Source of the DNA: Fimbriimonadales bacterium
Lineage (GTDB): Bacteria; Armatimonadota; Fimbriimonadia; Fimbriimonadales; GBS-DC
NCBI GenBank assembly: GCA_046294565.1
Contig: JBKBKS010000002.1
Coordinates: 1-44,147, forward strand
Direction: 5' to 3'
DNA: 44,147 nucleotides
Shown here: positions 9,954 through 19,059 of the stretch, piece by piece
Numbering within the stretch: position 1 is the first letter of the stretch
How the letters are laid out: the number at the start of each line of letters is the position of its first letter
The notes under the pieces: model-generated
Told to the model about the DNA's origin: nothing
The model's input: only the letters and a program-made list of their open reading frames with translations
Databases searched by the model: none
Made by a program: the position numbers and the translations under genes

Positions 9954-11342
9954 TCAATCCGCGCGGGCTATCGGCTCGAAGTGGCAGCTGAAGTGGCGCA
10001 GGAACGGCGTTTGCCAAGTGATTCGGTAGCCTCCCAACTGCTCGCGGCGACGGTACGCCTCCAGTATCACTTCCACCACATAGTCCACATGGCTTTGCGT
10101 ATAGACGCGGCGGGGGATGGCAAGGCGCACGAGTTCGCGCGGGGCGGGCGTCTCTATACCTGTGTCGGGGGCGCGCGCGGCGAACATCACCGAGCCGATT
10201 TCGCAGCTGCGCACGCCGCCCAAACGATACAACTCCACCGCCAGCGACTGCCCTGGAAACTGCAGCGGCGGGATGTGGGGGAGCATGCGCCCCGCGTCGA
10301 TGTAGATTGCATGTCCGCCCGGCGGCTGCACAATCGGCACGCCCTCGTGGGCGATATGCTCGCCCAAGTAGCGTGTGGAGGCGAGGCGATACTCCAAGTA
10401 ATGCTCATCCAACACCTCGCGTAGCCCCACGGCAACCGCTTCCAAATCGCGCCCTGCCAAGCCGCCGTAGGTGGGGAAACCCTCAGTGAGGATGAGCAAC
10501 TCCTTCTCCTGCTGCGCGAGCTGGTCGTCGTTGGTGCATAAGAAGCCCCCGATATTAGCTAAGCCGTCCTTTTTGGCGGACATCGTGCAGCCGTCGGTGT
10601 AGGAGAAGATTTCGCGGGCAATCTCCAGCGGGGTTTGGTGAGCGTAGCCCGGCTCGCGCAACTTGATGAAGTAGGCGTTCTCGGCGAATCGGCAGGCGTC
10701 GATATAGAAGGGAATGCCATGGCGGCGACATACGGCGCTCACCGCGCGAATATTCTGCATCGAGGCGGGCTGACCACCGCCTGAGTTATTGGTGAGCGTC
10801 ATCATCACCAGAGGAATATTCTGCGCGCCTACCTCTGCAATTAGCCGTTCCAGCCCCTCCACATCCATGTTGCCCTTGAACGGGTGCGGAGCAGCAGTGT
10901 CGGCAAGCTCGGCGCATGGTAGGTCGACCGCGCGTCCGCCGCGATACTCGATATTCGCGCGGGTGGTGTCAAAATGCGTGTTGTTCGGGATAACGCTGCC
11001 AGGTTTGCACAGCAGGGCGAACAGGATGCGCTCCGCCGCGCGACCTTGATGCACAGGAATCACATGTTTGAAGCCGAAGATGTCGCGCACGGTCTCCTCG
11101 AACAGATAGAAGCTGCGGCTCCCTGCATACGACTCGTCGCCGCGCATGACGCCTGCCCACTGCGCACTGCTCATCGCCGATGTGCCCGAATCGGTGAGCA
11201 AGTCAATCATCACATCCTCGGCGGGGATAAGAAAGAGGTTATAGTGTGCGCGTTCCAAGATTGCCTCGCGCTCGGCGAGCGTCGTGAGGCGTATCGGATC
11301 CACTGCCTTGATTTTGAACGGCTCGATGATGGTGCGAAACAT
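9954..11342 (-). CDS. tnaA: Beta-eliminating lyase of the tryptophanase / tyrosine phenol-lyase family (more tryptophanase-like)
   Basis: 462 aa. 'EPFKIKAV', 'DLLTDSGTSAMS..QWAGVMRGDESYAGSRSFY', PLP-lysine region 'DGCTMSAKKDGLANIGGFL', 'FPTYGGLAGRDLEA', 'LPHIPPLQFPGQSLAVELY', 'RLAIPRRVYTQSHVDYV'. Substrate specificity was not resolved. Confidence 0.85.
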   Translation of the reverse strand: MFRTIIEPFKIKAVDPIRLTTLAEREAILERAHYNLFLIPAEDVMIDLLTDSGTSAMSSAQWAGVMRGDESYAGSRSFYLFEETVRDIFGFKHVIPVHQGRAAERILFALLCKPGSVIPNNTHFDTTRANIEYRGGRAVDLPCAELADTAAPHPFKGNMDVEGLERLIAEVGAQNIPLVMMTLTNNSGGGQPASMQNIRAVSAVCRRHGIPFYIDACRFAENAYFIKLREPGYAHQTPLEIAREIFSYTDGCTMSAKKDGLANIGGFLCTNDDQLAQQEKELLILTEGFPTYGGLAGRDLEAVAVGLREVLDEHYLEYRLASTRYLGEHIAHEGVPIVQPPGGHAIYIDAGRMLPHIPPLQFPGQSLAVELYRLGGVRSCEIGSVMFAARAPDTGIETPAPRELVRLAIPRRVYTQSHVDYVVEVILEAYRRREQLGGYRITWQTPFLRHFSCHFEPIARAD

Positions 11343-11435
11343 CCCTCATGTGCAGTGTACCCCAAATGTCATGCAGATTTTACTTGCTGGGGGCGTCGGC
11401 GCGTGTGGAAAGTACCTGCGGGGAGGATGCGACCT

Positions 11436-13193
11436 ATGAATCGAGCGTGGGGATTGTTGTGCGCAACCTTAGGCATATGGGGAGTTAGTGTAGCCGATGT
11501 GCCCAACAGTGCGATGCGTACGCCAAATGGTATGCTGTGGGCTGGCACGACCTTTCAGTTGCAAGCAACGGCAAGCATGGGCAATCAGCTGGCAGCGATT
11601 TCCGACGGGGCGCAAGTGCGCGTGGGTCAGGTGGTGCGCTGGAAGTGGCAGGTGGAGTCGCCTGCGGGGCAGTCCGTAGTGTCGGGCGTCAACTCGGAAG
11701 CCATCTTCCGCGTGCGCGTCATCAACGACGGCAACGGTTGGGACCAGCTGGGTGTGCACTTCGCGGCGTTGGAAACAGTGGAGACGCCTACATGGACAGT
11801 GGAGCTGCGCGAGAGCGCGACCGGCGCTTGGCAAAGCAGCAGCGCGCTGACCAACGGGCTGGGTAGCCCGATTGAGCCAGGCAGCGACATCTTCTACTTG
11901 ATGCGTATGCGTCCGCCGGGAAGCTCCATCCCGACCGACGGCGCATGGGCGCAGATGCGCGCCACGACCAGCGACGCCAGTCTCGATGCTGTTCTGGGCG
12001 AGTTTGTGGCGGGTGTGGTGCGCCCAGCACATGTGCCGACTCGCGCCTGGTGTTGGCGCGAACATACGCAGTTCGTTGCGCCGATACTTTATGATGGGCG
12101 TCTCATCTGGATGGGAACCGACCCAAACACAAATAACACCGTTGTCTTCCACACGCGCGACGCGCTCCACGCGACGACAGGTGGTACCTTAGGCAACGAG
12201 CGGCTGACGGGGCGCATATTGCGCGGCTTCCGCCCCACAGGCTTCAGCGTCGCGCTAGGGAATAACTGGTTCGTGGGGAGTGGGAACCAGCTTGTGCGTC
12301 TGGATATCGCCGAAGCGCTGAACGCCACGGCGACAACGCCGGTGGTGTTCCCTGTGGAGTTTCCGTCGGGCGTCGCGCCGCGCTTGGATGTTGAGCCTGT
12401 GGTGTTCAATCGGCGTCTGTATGTGGCAGGCAACGACGGCAGGCTTTATGCGTTCCGTGAAGACGGGCAACGGTTGGGTAATAGCGCTGCGATACCTGCC
12501 CGCTATGGCGCCATCAGCACTAACATCGCGCTGATAGGACGCCTGTTCTATGTGGGCACCCAAGAGGGCTGGCTGGTGCGGATAGACGCACTGACAGGTA
12601 GCTTGCGCACGGCGCGACGACTTGCTACGCAGCCCCTTCATAGCCTCGCGCCGACCGCTCTGGGACGCGCCCTCGTCGTGCGTGCGGGCAATCGTACCGT
12701 GCTGGGCGTCAATCCCAATCAGATGAGCGTGCTATGGCGACGCACAATCAACGAGGATATCGTCTCGCCTGTGAGCGCATCACCCCATCAGGAAGTCGCC
12801 GCGTTCCTGACACAATCAGGTGTGCTACACGCGATACATACGCGCATGGGCGTCAGTCTGGGGCACTATCCGCAAAGCATCTTTGGCAATCAGGCAGTGG
12901 TTCGCCGCGCGACTATCGGCTTCGCTCGTCGGGAAGACCGCAAGACAACCTATGTCTATGTGTTGGCGCAGCGCGAAACAGGCGACGAGAACCTGCACCA
13001 AGGATTGTTCCGCGCTGTGACGCTGGAGAACCCCTATAACCGTCTGGAGTTCGGCGAGTCGACGCTCCATCTCGGCTCGGAGTATCTGCCCGTGATGGGG
13101 TTCACAGGCAACTCCGTTAGAGATTATTGCCTGATAGCCTCGCGTCGCGCCGATACGAATGGGGGCACAGTTGCGGCGATTCCGCTGCGATAG
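11436..13193 (+). CDS. Secreted protein with an N-terminal Ig/CARDB-like region and a PQQ-like beta-propeller region
   Basis: Track ORF 10974..13193 overlaps tnaA antisense. The real start is probably the ATG at 11436, which follows GGGAGG (11421..11426). Signal peptide 'MNRAWGLLCATLGIWGVSVADV'. Propeller-type blades 'LYVAGNDGRLYAFREDGQRL' and 'LFYVGTQEGWLVRIDALTGSL'. Confidence 0.7.
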   Translation: MNRAWGLLCATLGIWGVSVADVPNSAMRTPNGMLWAGTTFQLQATASMGNQLAAISDGAQVRVGQVVRWKWQVESPAGQSVVSGVNSEAIFRVRVINDGNGWDQLGVHFAALETVETPTWTVELRESATGAWQSSSALTNGLGSPIEPGSDIFYLMRMRPPGSSIPTDGAWAQMRATTSDASLDAVLGEFVAGVVRPAHVPTRAWCWREHTQFVAPILYDGRLIWMGTDPNTNNTVVFHTRDALHATTGGTLGNERLTGRILRGFRPTGFSVALGNNWFVGSGNQLVRLDIAEALNATATTPVVFPVEFPSGVAPRLDVEPVVFNRRLYVAGNDGRLYAFREDGQRLGNSAAIPARYGAISTNIALIGRLFYVGTQEGWLVRIDALTGSLRTARRLATQPLHSLAPTALGRALVVRAGNRTVLGVNPNQMSVLWRRTINEDIVSPVSASPHQEVAAFLTQSGVLHAIHTRMGVSLGHYPQSIFGNQAVVRRATIGFARREDRKTTYVYVLAQRETGDENLHQGLFRAVTLENPYNRLEFGESTLHLGSEYLPVMGFTGNSVRDYCLIASRRADTNGGTVAAIPLR

Positions 13194-13224
13194 CGAGAAC
13201 TCGGCGGAGTGCGACCAGCAAGCG

Positions 13225-13497
13225 GGGGAACCGTGAAGCGTTCTCGGTTCCCCATGCTTGCAAGGGTAACCTGAAGGATGGGGGCAGTGTGGCTTGGACA
13301 TTCCTGTCCACAAAGGGCAACGCATCTGCGCATGCGCACGGACAGGAGTGTCCGTGCCACAGTGGCTTGGACATTCCTGTCCAAGCATACTTTAGCGGGG
13401 ACGCCGACGCTACGAGGGCTTGGGGGTTCGTCGGCGGGGACGCCCACGCTACGAGGGCTTGGGAGTTCGTCGGCGGGGACGCCGACGCTACGCACAC
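13225..13497. repeat. Cluster of family-2 hairpin repeats including a 39-bp tandem repeat (about 2.6 copies)
   Basis: Hairpin 'ggggaaccg'/'cggttcccc' at 13225..13253. 'gtggcttggacattcctgtcca' at 13289..13310 and 13362..13385. Inverted variant 'gcacggacaggagtgtccgtgccac' at 13336..13360. Units beginning 'ggggacgcc(g/c)acgctacg' start at 13397, 13436 and 13475. Confidence 0.85.
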
Positions 13498-13566
13498 GAC
13501 GCCAAGAATGGCAGCGCACCCGATTGGCGACCTGTGAACTCAAGAACAGCTCCACTTTCGAGGAAC

Positions 13567-15171
13567 TTAGCCTCGCCGCACTGTTTGCCACACCGCCTCG
13601 TAGAGCGGTGCGAGTGGCTGAGCGGGCACAGTTATCTGTGCGTGCAAATCCGCCGACCAAACAGACAGTTGACGGCGCACATGCTCGTGATAGAGCGCCG
13701 TCATCGCCTGATGGGCGGCGCTTTGCGTCAGTTGCGCTCGTGCATGCGCTGAGTCGAGCAGGTAGAGTGCAATCAGCGCGTCGGCGAGCGGCTCGACCAG
13801 CAGTTGGGGCGGCTCGGCGTGTGATTGCATCGCGTCCAGCGCGGTTGCGGTGAGGCGTCGCAGCGCCACGAGCGTTCCCTCCACCGTGTCGGTCTCGCCT
13901 ATGTGCTGCGCAGCGGGCGTCCAAAGCCCCTTGCGTCGCGCGTAGAGGAGCCGCTCCACCAAGTTCAAGCGGTTGATTTCGTTGGTGCCCTCGTAGATAC
14001 GGTTCACGCGCGTATCGCGATAGAGCGCGGCGATGGGGTATTCCTCGCTATAGCCGTAGCCGCCGTGGATTTGCAAGGCGTCGTCGACCACTTGGTGCAG
14101 GGCTTCGGTGGCGGCGACTTTGAGCAGGGCGCACTCGGCGGCGTAGTGCGCCGCCGCCTCTTGCCAAACCGCCTGACGCGATGCGCCTTCCGCATGGAAC
14201 GCACGCTCCAAATCGTCGGCAAGCCGATAGAGCGCGCTCTCGACGGCGTAGATGAGCGTCGCGCCCCACGCCAACTTGCGCCACACCAGCGGATACTCGA
14301 TGATCGCGCGTCCGAACTGCTTGCGCTCGGCGGCGTACTCGTAGCCGATGCGCCACGCCTCTTTAGCCACCCCTAACGCCGCCGCGCCAATCTTGAACCG
14401 CCCCAAGTTCAGCGTGTAGAGCGCCACATGCGCGCCCTCGCCCTCCGCCCCCAGACGGTTCTCGGCAGGCACACACACCTTGTCAAACACCACACGGCAA
14501 GTCGAGGAGCCGTGCAGTCCCATCTTATGCTCCTCGCGTTCCACCAGCAAGCCCGGTCCGCGTTCCACCAAGAACGCCGTGAACCGCTCGCCGTCCACTT
14601 GGGCGAAGGTCACGAACAGGTCGGCGAAGCTGGCGTTGGTAATCCAGATTTTATTGCCCGTGATGAGGTAGGCCTCGTCGTGTCGTTCGGCGCGGGTGCG
14701 TCCAGCGAGCGCGTCGGAGCCTGCCTCTGGCTCGGTGAGGGCATACGCGCCGATACACTCGCCGGTGGTGAGCTTGGGCAGGTAGTGGTGTTGCTGCGTC
14801 TCCGTGCCGAACAGCAGCAAGGGCATACTGCCCACGCTGGTATGCACGGCGTGCGAGACAGCGAAGGAGGGTTGCAGGGCGGTCTTCTCGGTAATCAGCG
14901 CGGAGGTGGTCTTGGGCAAGCCCAGCCCGCCAAACTCGGCAGGCACATCGATGCCGAGCAATCCCAACATCGCGGCGTCGATGAGGAGCTCGCGCATCTG
15001 CGCAGGCTCGCCGTGTTCCAGACGCTTCACATACGGGTTCACCTGCTCGCGGACGAACCGCTCAACAGCGTCTGCCATCTGGCGCGATTCGGCGTCGAAC
15101 TGCTCCGGCGTGAAAATCATAGCAGGAGTTTCCGTCAGGAACGCTCCGGTATGGCGCATCGTCGCTTCCAT
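13567..15171 (-). CDS. Acyl-CoA dehydrogenase, long form with a C-terminal helical extension
   Basis: 534 aa. 'IGAYALTEPEAGSDA', 'KIWITNA', 'GLHGSSTCRVVFD', 'ERKQFGRAI', 'QIHGGYGYSEEYPIAALYRDTRVNRIYEGTNEINR'. Confidence 0.9.
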   Translation of the reverse strand: MEATMRHTGAFLTETPAMIFTPEQFDAESRQMADAVERFVREQVNPYVKRLEHGEPAQMRELLIDAAMLGLLGIDVPAEFGGLGLPKTTSALITEKTALQPSFAVSHAVHTSVGSMPLLLFGTETQQHHYLPKLTTGECIGAYALTEPEAGSDALAGRTRAERHDEAYLITGNKIWITNASFADLFVTFAQVDGERFTAFLVERGPGLLVEREEHKMGLHGSSTCRVVFDKVCVPAENRLGAEGEGAHVALYTLNLGRFKIGAAALGVAKEAWRIGYEYAAERKQFGRAIIEYPLVWRKLAWGATLIYAVESALYRLADDLERAFHAEGASRQAVWQEAAAHYAAECALLKVAATEALHQVVDDALQIHGGYGYSEEYPIAALYRDTRVNRIYEGTNEINRLNLVERLLYARRKGLWTPAAQHIGETDTVEGTLVALRRLTATALDAMQSHAEPPQLLVEPLADALIALYLLDSAHARAQLTQSAAHQAMTALYHEHVRRQLSVWSADLHAQITVPAQPLAPLYEAVWQTVRRG

Positions 15172-15189
15172 ACCCTAAGGATACCTCAC

Positions 15190-15657
15190 TTACGGTTGCC
15201 ACAGTGCGAACCGTATCACCCCGTGCGCCAGCCACAGCGACAGCAATAGGGTGAGTATCCAGTTGAAGCGCGACAGCTCGATGCGCAGGCTACGCCCCGC
15301 GCAGAGGGCGACAAGGCTGTTGAGCGCGACGGCGGCGGCTGACGCCACGATTAGGAAGCCGATGGGGTTCGCCCGCCACGCCAGCGCGAACTGCCCGTGC
15401 AGAATCGCGCTGACGCTGGTGGTCAGCCCGCACGAGGGGCACGGACGCCCCGTGAGGTGATAGATGGTGCACGGCGGCAGCCCCAGCTGCTGGTGCGTGC
15501 CGTGCCCAGCAGGGTCAGGCGTGAGGTACAGCCCAATCCCAACCAGTGTCGCCGCGCCCAGCAGCAGCAGCGCATGACTCCAACGTGCCCAGCCCCGCAC
15601 ATGCGTCCACTGTAACCACTCCCCATTTCGCGACACTATGGGGTTCAATCCGCCCAT
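15190..15657 (-). CDS. DUF2752-family integral membrane protein
   Basis: 155 aa with four hydrophobic spans. The family hallmark is 'PPCTIYHLTGRPCPSCGLTTS' (C..C-P-x-C-G). It overlaps the upstream gene by 13 nt. Confidence 0.7.
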   Translation of the reverse strand: MGGLNPIVSRNGEWLQWTHVRGWARWSHALLLLGAATLVGIGLYLTPDPAGHGTHQQLGLPPCTIYHLTGRPCPSCGLTTSVSAILHGQFALAWRANPIGFLIVASAAAVALNSLVALCAGRSLRIELSRFNWILTLLLSLWLAHGVIRFALWQP

Positions 15658-16262
15658 AACCGTATCATGATACTCCAGCTTGTGCGCCCGCGAATCACCG
15701 CGCCGCGCAGCTCCACTTGATTATTCGGTCGCCACGCCAAGGCGGCGTTAATCTGCTCGCCCGTATGCTCTGCCCGCAGGAAGAGGTGATTATTCAGGGG
15801 CACATCGAAGCCGAGAAAGAATCTCGACAGGCTCCCCCCGCCGAAGCCGAGATGCACGCGCAGGTCGTGGTCTAACGGCGTCTCGCCCAGCGCGGCGATG
15901 CCATACGAGATTGCCACGAAGTAGCCTCGCCCTTGCGCCGTGCGGTCGGCAACATCCACTATGCCCACCGAGACGCCTGGCGCGTAGCCCGGAATCTCAG
16001 GATAGAGGCTGTATTGCAGGTTATAGACCTCCAGACGCGAGTCGAAGCCCGTGCGTGCGCCCTGCACCTCCCAGAGGTTGCCGATTCGGAAGTTGAGCAG
16101 TATGCGCTCGCGTTCGGGCGCGCCTGCCAGCACGCCTGCCTCGATGGCGATGCGCTCAGGATAGAGCAGCTTGCCTGTCGGGATTTCAATCAGGCGGTCG
16201 GCGTGGGCGGTTCGCGCCGCGAGGCACAAGCAACCGATTGATAGCAGACGCGCGAGGCTCAC
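15645..16262 (-). CDS. Small secreted beta-rich protein, possibly an outer-membrane beta-barrel (hypothetical)
   Basis: Signal peptide 'MSLARLLSIGCLCLAARTAHA'. Alternating hydrophobic strands ('GYFVAISYGIAAL', 'LRVHLGFGG', 'FFLGFDVPL', 'INAALAWRP', 'SWSIMIRLW'). Its start overlaps the cytochrome gene stop by 4 nt. Confidence 0.6.
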   Translation of the reverse strand: MSLARLLSIGCLCLAARTAHADRLIEIPTGKLLYPERIAIEAGVLAGAPERERILLNFRIGNLWEVQGARTGFDSRLEVYNLQYSLYPEIPGYAPGVSVGIVDVADRTAQGRGYFVAISYGIAALGETPLDHDLRVHLGFGGGSLSRFFLGFDVPLNNHLFLRAEHTGEQINAALAWRPNNQVELRGAVIRGRTSWSIMIRLWAD

Positions 16263-17251
16263 CAGTTCACCTGTGCTTCGTACAGCACGCGGGCTTGATC
16301 GTCGGGCAGGTCGCGATTGCGCTTATGGAGCACGCGCACGGTCGCTGCGGTCGCGCCGTCGGGGATAGGCGCGCGGATGACCCTGCGCTCGCCCGGTTTG
16401 AGGCGCGTATCGTTGCCGTCGATGGCGCCGTTATCCGCCAGCAGCGTCTGGTGCTTGCCCACCTCCGCCTCGCCTTGCCAGAAGCGCGCCTCCACTATCA
16501 CGACCACATATTCGGGACCTGTGGGCACGGTATGCCCGACCTCGACGCTCTCCAGTTTGATTTGGAGGTAGTCGTTGCGTCGCTCGTGCGCCATCTTGAC
16601 GCCTTTTTGGAACATGGCGGGCGTCGCGCCCTCGAACTTGTGGATGCGCGCTTTGCGGGGGGGCAAACCGTCGCCTGTGGCAATCGGTCGCTCCACCATG
16701 GGCATGTGGCAGTTCACGCAGCCGTTGGGGTCGTTGCCCCACTCGCTCTGCTTGTACCAATCCACCGTGCCGAAGATTTCGTGGCAAGTGGCGCACATGT
16801 CGACGGTTCCGAACTTCTCGTTTTTCACGGTGGCGTGCGCGTCGGTTTTTGTGCCCAGCGCGCCGTGATAGGCGCCGTTGGCGTCTTGGTGGCAGCTGAT
16901 GCAGTCGATGGCGTGGGCGCGGTCGGCGTCGCGCAGGTTCGGATGCTCGCCGAAGCCTTTCGCCAGAATCGGTTCGGGCGCGTGGCAGGGCAAACACATC
17001 TTCAGCGTGCGGTTGCGCGAGGTCTGGGCGAAGGTCTCGCTCTCCCACGCGGCGGCGTGGCGCGATTCTGCCCAATCCCTTGCCTCGTTGGGGTGGCAGG
17101 TTTGGCAGTCGCCGCGTGTTCGGGGCAGCGCGGCGCTCGGTTGCGCGGGCTGATCTTGCACCGTGCGCGCCGCGCCCGCCAACATCAGCGTCAGCGCTGT
17201 CAGGGAAACACTCCATCCGACGAAACTCTGCATAGCGTCGGATAGATTCAT
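16259..17251 (-). CDS. Secreted pentaheme c-type cytochrome with a non-heme C-terminal domain
   Basis: 330 aa. N-terminal hydrophobic signal. Five CxxCH motifs (CQTCH, CLPCH, CISCH, CATCH, CVNCH), all in the first ~190 residues. The remaining ~130 aa have no heme motif. Confidence 0.85.
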   Translation of the reverse strand: MNLSDAMQSFVGWSVSLTALTLMLAGAARTVQDQPAQPSAALPRTRGDCQTCHPNEARDWAESRHAAAWESETFAQTSRNRTLKMCLPCHAPEPILAKGFGEHPNLRDADRAHAIDCISCHQDANGAYHGALGTKTDAHATVKNEKFGTVDMCATCHEIFGTVDWYKQSEWGNDPNGCVNCHMPMVERPIATGDGLPPRKARIHKFEGATPAMFQKGVKMAHERRNDYLQIKLESVEVGHTVPTGPEYVVVIVEARFWQGEAEVGKHQTLLADNGAIDGNDTRLKPGERRVIRAPIPDGATAATVRVLHKRNRDLPDDQARVLYEAQVNW

Positions 17252-17372
17252 CGGATGAGGCGCGACTCCTGCTGGTACTTGTGGAGTGGGGTCAGGCGCC
17301 GGCTCGTCGGTCGGCAGCGTGGGCTATGAGCGCGGGACGCGGTTGCGCCCCGCGTGTCCCCTGAAGAGGCGT

Positions 17373-17840
17373 CTACTTGCTGCGTTCACATAGCCCCACA
17401 TTGATTTCCAAGTCGCCCATCTCGGTCTGTAGCGGCACCACCAGAGTCGGTATCTCCAGCGTGCTGATGCGCACATTCGTGCCGCGGATGAGGCTGGGCG
17501 GCGAGAGGTTGCACTGGATGCCCAGCGACGCGAGCTCGGTCAGCGCCGCGCCCGAAATCATATTGCCCAACTCGGCAATCGCGCTGGCGGCTAACTCGTC
17601 GAAGGTGCGAATCGTCGTGCCCAGCATCTTGGAGGCGATTTTATCCGCCGTGAAGACCGACATGCCGATGATAATCTGCCCCTCCAGTTGACCTGTGACG
17701 CCCAGCACGATATTGCACTGTTGTGAGGTGAAGATGCCTTTGCGCGCGCTGAGTTGCCCCTTCTGTGGCGTGACGCCCAGCATCATCTGGAAGACATTGA
17801 ACGCCGCGCTGATGAACGGATTGATGTATTCTGCCTTCAC
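17373..17840 (-). CDS. cheX: CheX-type CheY-P phosphatase
   Basis: Track ORF 17373..18458 runs through cheY in another frame. The credible gene starts at the GTG at 17840, after AGGAGGGGGG, and gives 155 aa: 'VKAEYINPFISAAFNVFQMMLG...AIAELGNMISGAA...'. Confidence 0.8.
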   Translation of the reverse strand: MKAEYINPFISAAFNVFQMMLGVTPQKGQLSARKGIFTSQQCNIVLGVTGQLEGQIIIGMSVFTADKIASKMLGTTIRTFDELAASAIAELGNMISGAALTELASLGIQCNLSPPSLIRGTNVRISTLEIPTLVVPLQTEMGDLEINVGLCERSK

Positions 17841-17854
17841 GCTTGTCCCCCCTC

Positions 17855-18214
17855 CTAAGCCGCTTTCTGCACGGCTTCCATGATTCGTTCGGGCTGGAAC
17901 GGCTTCACGATGAAGTCCTTTGCGCCCGCCTGTATCGCCTCCACGACGATTTGCTTTTGTCCCATCGCGGTACACATCACCACTTTGGCGTTGGGGTCTT
18001 TGGCGCGGATGGCTTTGAGCGCCTCCAGCCCGTCCATTTCGGGCATGGTGATGTCCATGAACACCAGGTCGGGTTTGTGTTGCTCGTAGAGTTCGACGGC
18101 TTCGCGCCCGTTGGACGCTTCGGCGACCACTTCGAGTCCGTTTTGCGTCAGGATGTTTTTGAGCGTCACGCGCATAAACAGCGCGTCGTCTGTAATCATG
18201 ATGCGTTTCGCCAT
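17855..18214 (-). CDS. cheY: Chemotaxis response regulator CheY
   Basis: 119 aa single REC domain. 'IMITDDALFMR', phospho-acceptor 'VFMDITMPEMDG', 'VVMCTAMG', 'DFIVKPF'. Confidence 0.95.
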   Translation of the reverse strand: MAKRIMITDDALFMRVTLKNILTQNGLEVVAEASNGREAVELYEQHKPDLVFMDITMPEMDGLEALKAIRAKDPNAKVVMCTAMGQKQIVVEAIQAGAKDFIVKPFQPERIMEAVQKAA

Positions 18215-19059
18215 CGTTGAACCTCCTGTTGTGGTTTCTGATAGAAGAACGCGCTGGGGTTCTCGAACCCAATCTGCGCGTAGTTGAAGATGCGCTCCGT
18301 GTTGCCCAAGAACAGATAGCCGCCTGGGCGGAGCGACTGGTGGAACTCTCGGAAGATGCGCTCCTTCGCCTCGTCCGAGAAATAGATGACGACATTCCTG
18401 CAGGCGATGAGGTCGAACCCTTTGGGATACGGGTCGGCGAGCAGGTTGTGTCGTTCAAACTTCAGGTAGCGTTTGAGCGCAGGGTCTGCCTCGTACTGGG
18501 TGCGCCCGTTCTCTTGGAAGGCGCGGAAGTATTTCTGTTTGTATTCGGCGGGCGCGCTGCGCAGGTCGCTCTCGGCGAAGACGCCGCGCCGCGCACGCTC
18601 CAGCACCTCTTGGTCGATATCTGTGCCCAGTATCTGGTGCGAGCGGTTCGGCGCCAGCTCATGCAGCAATATTGCCAAACTATACGCTTCCGCGCCGTAG
18701 GAGCTGCCCGCGCTCCAGAGCTTCAACTGCATGCTCCCTCTGAGCAGCTCAGGCAGCACCTGTTTTCGTAGGATTTCGTACTGCTCAGGGTTGCGGAACA
18801 GCTCGGATACATTAATAGCGAGTCGGTCGATGAAGCCGCGTAGGCGCGTCTCGTCCGCCGCCAAGTGCGCGAAGTAGTCGGTGAACTTCCGATAGCCTGC
18901 ACGCTCCATCATCGTGTAGATGCGCCGATAGGTCTGCTCGAACTTGTATTGGTCAAGGTCGAGCCCTGCGCGTTTTTTGAGCAGCTGTTTGAACTGCTCG
19001 AAGTCGCGCAGCAGTTCGGGCGTTTTGGGAATGTTCAGGCTGCCTGGGATTTGTTGCAT
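18196..19059 (-). CDS. cheR: Chemotaxis protein methyltransferase CheR
   Basis: The start was moved to the ATG at 19059 ('MQQIPGSLN...', SD GAGGGGGTGA). 'INVSELFRNPEQY', SAM motif 'LKLWSAGSSYGAEAYSLA', 'FDLIACRNVVIYF'. It overlaps cheB by 25 nt and cheY by 19 nt. Confidence 0.9.
   Translation of the reverse strand: MQQIPGSLNIPKTPELLRDFEQFKQLLKKRAGLDLDQYKFEQTYRRIYTMMERAGYRKFTDYFAHLAADETRLRGFIDRLAINVSELFRNPEQYEILRKQVLPELLRGSMQLKLWSAGSSYGAEAYSLAILLHELAPNRSHQILGTDIDQEVLERARRGVFAESDLRSAPAEYKQKYFRAFQENGRTQYEADPALKRYLKFERHNLLADPYPKGFDLIACRNVVIYFSDEAKERIFREFHQSLRPGGYLFLGNTERIFNYAQIGFENPSAFFYQKPQQEVQRWRNAS

Noticed and set aside
13397-13497. The 39-bp direct repeats with internal palindromes, considered as a miniature CRISPR array.
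   Set aside because: The units are contiguous head-to-tail with no unique spacers. There are only ~2.6 copies, no cas genes are in the window, and the same palindrome occurs singly at 9859..9878. This is a tandemly amplified REP-like element.
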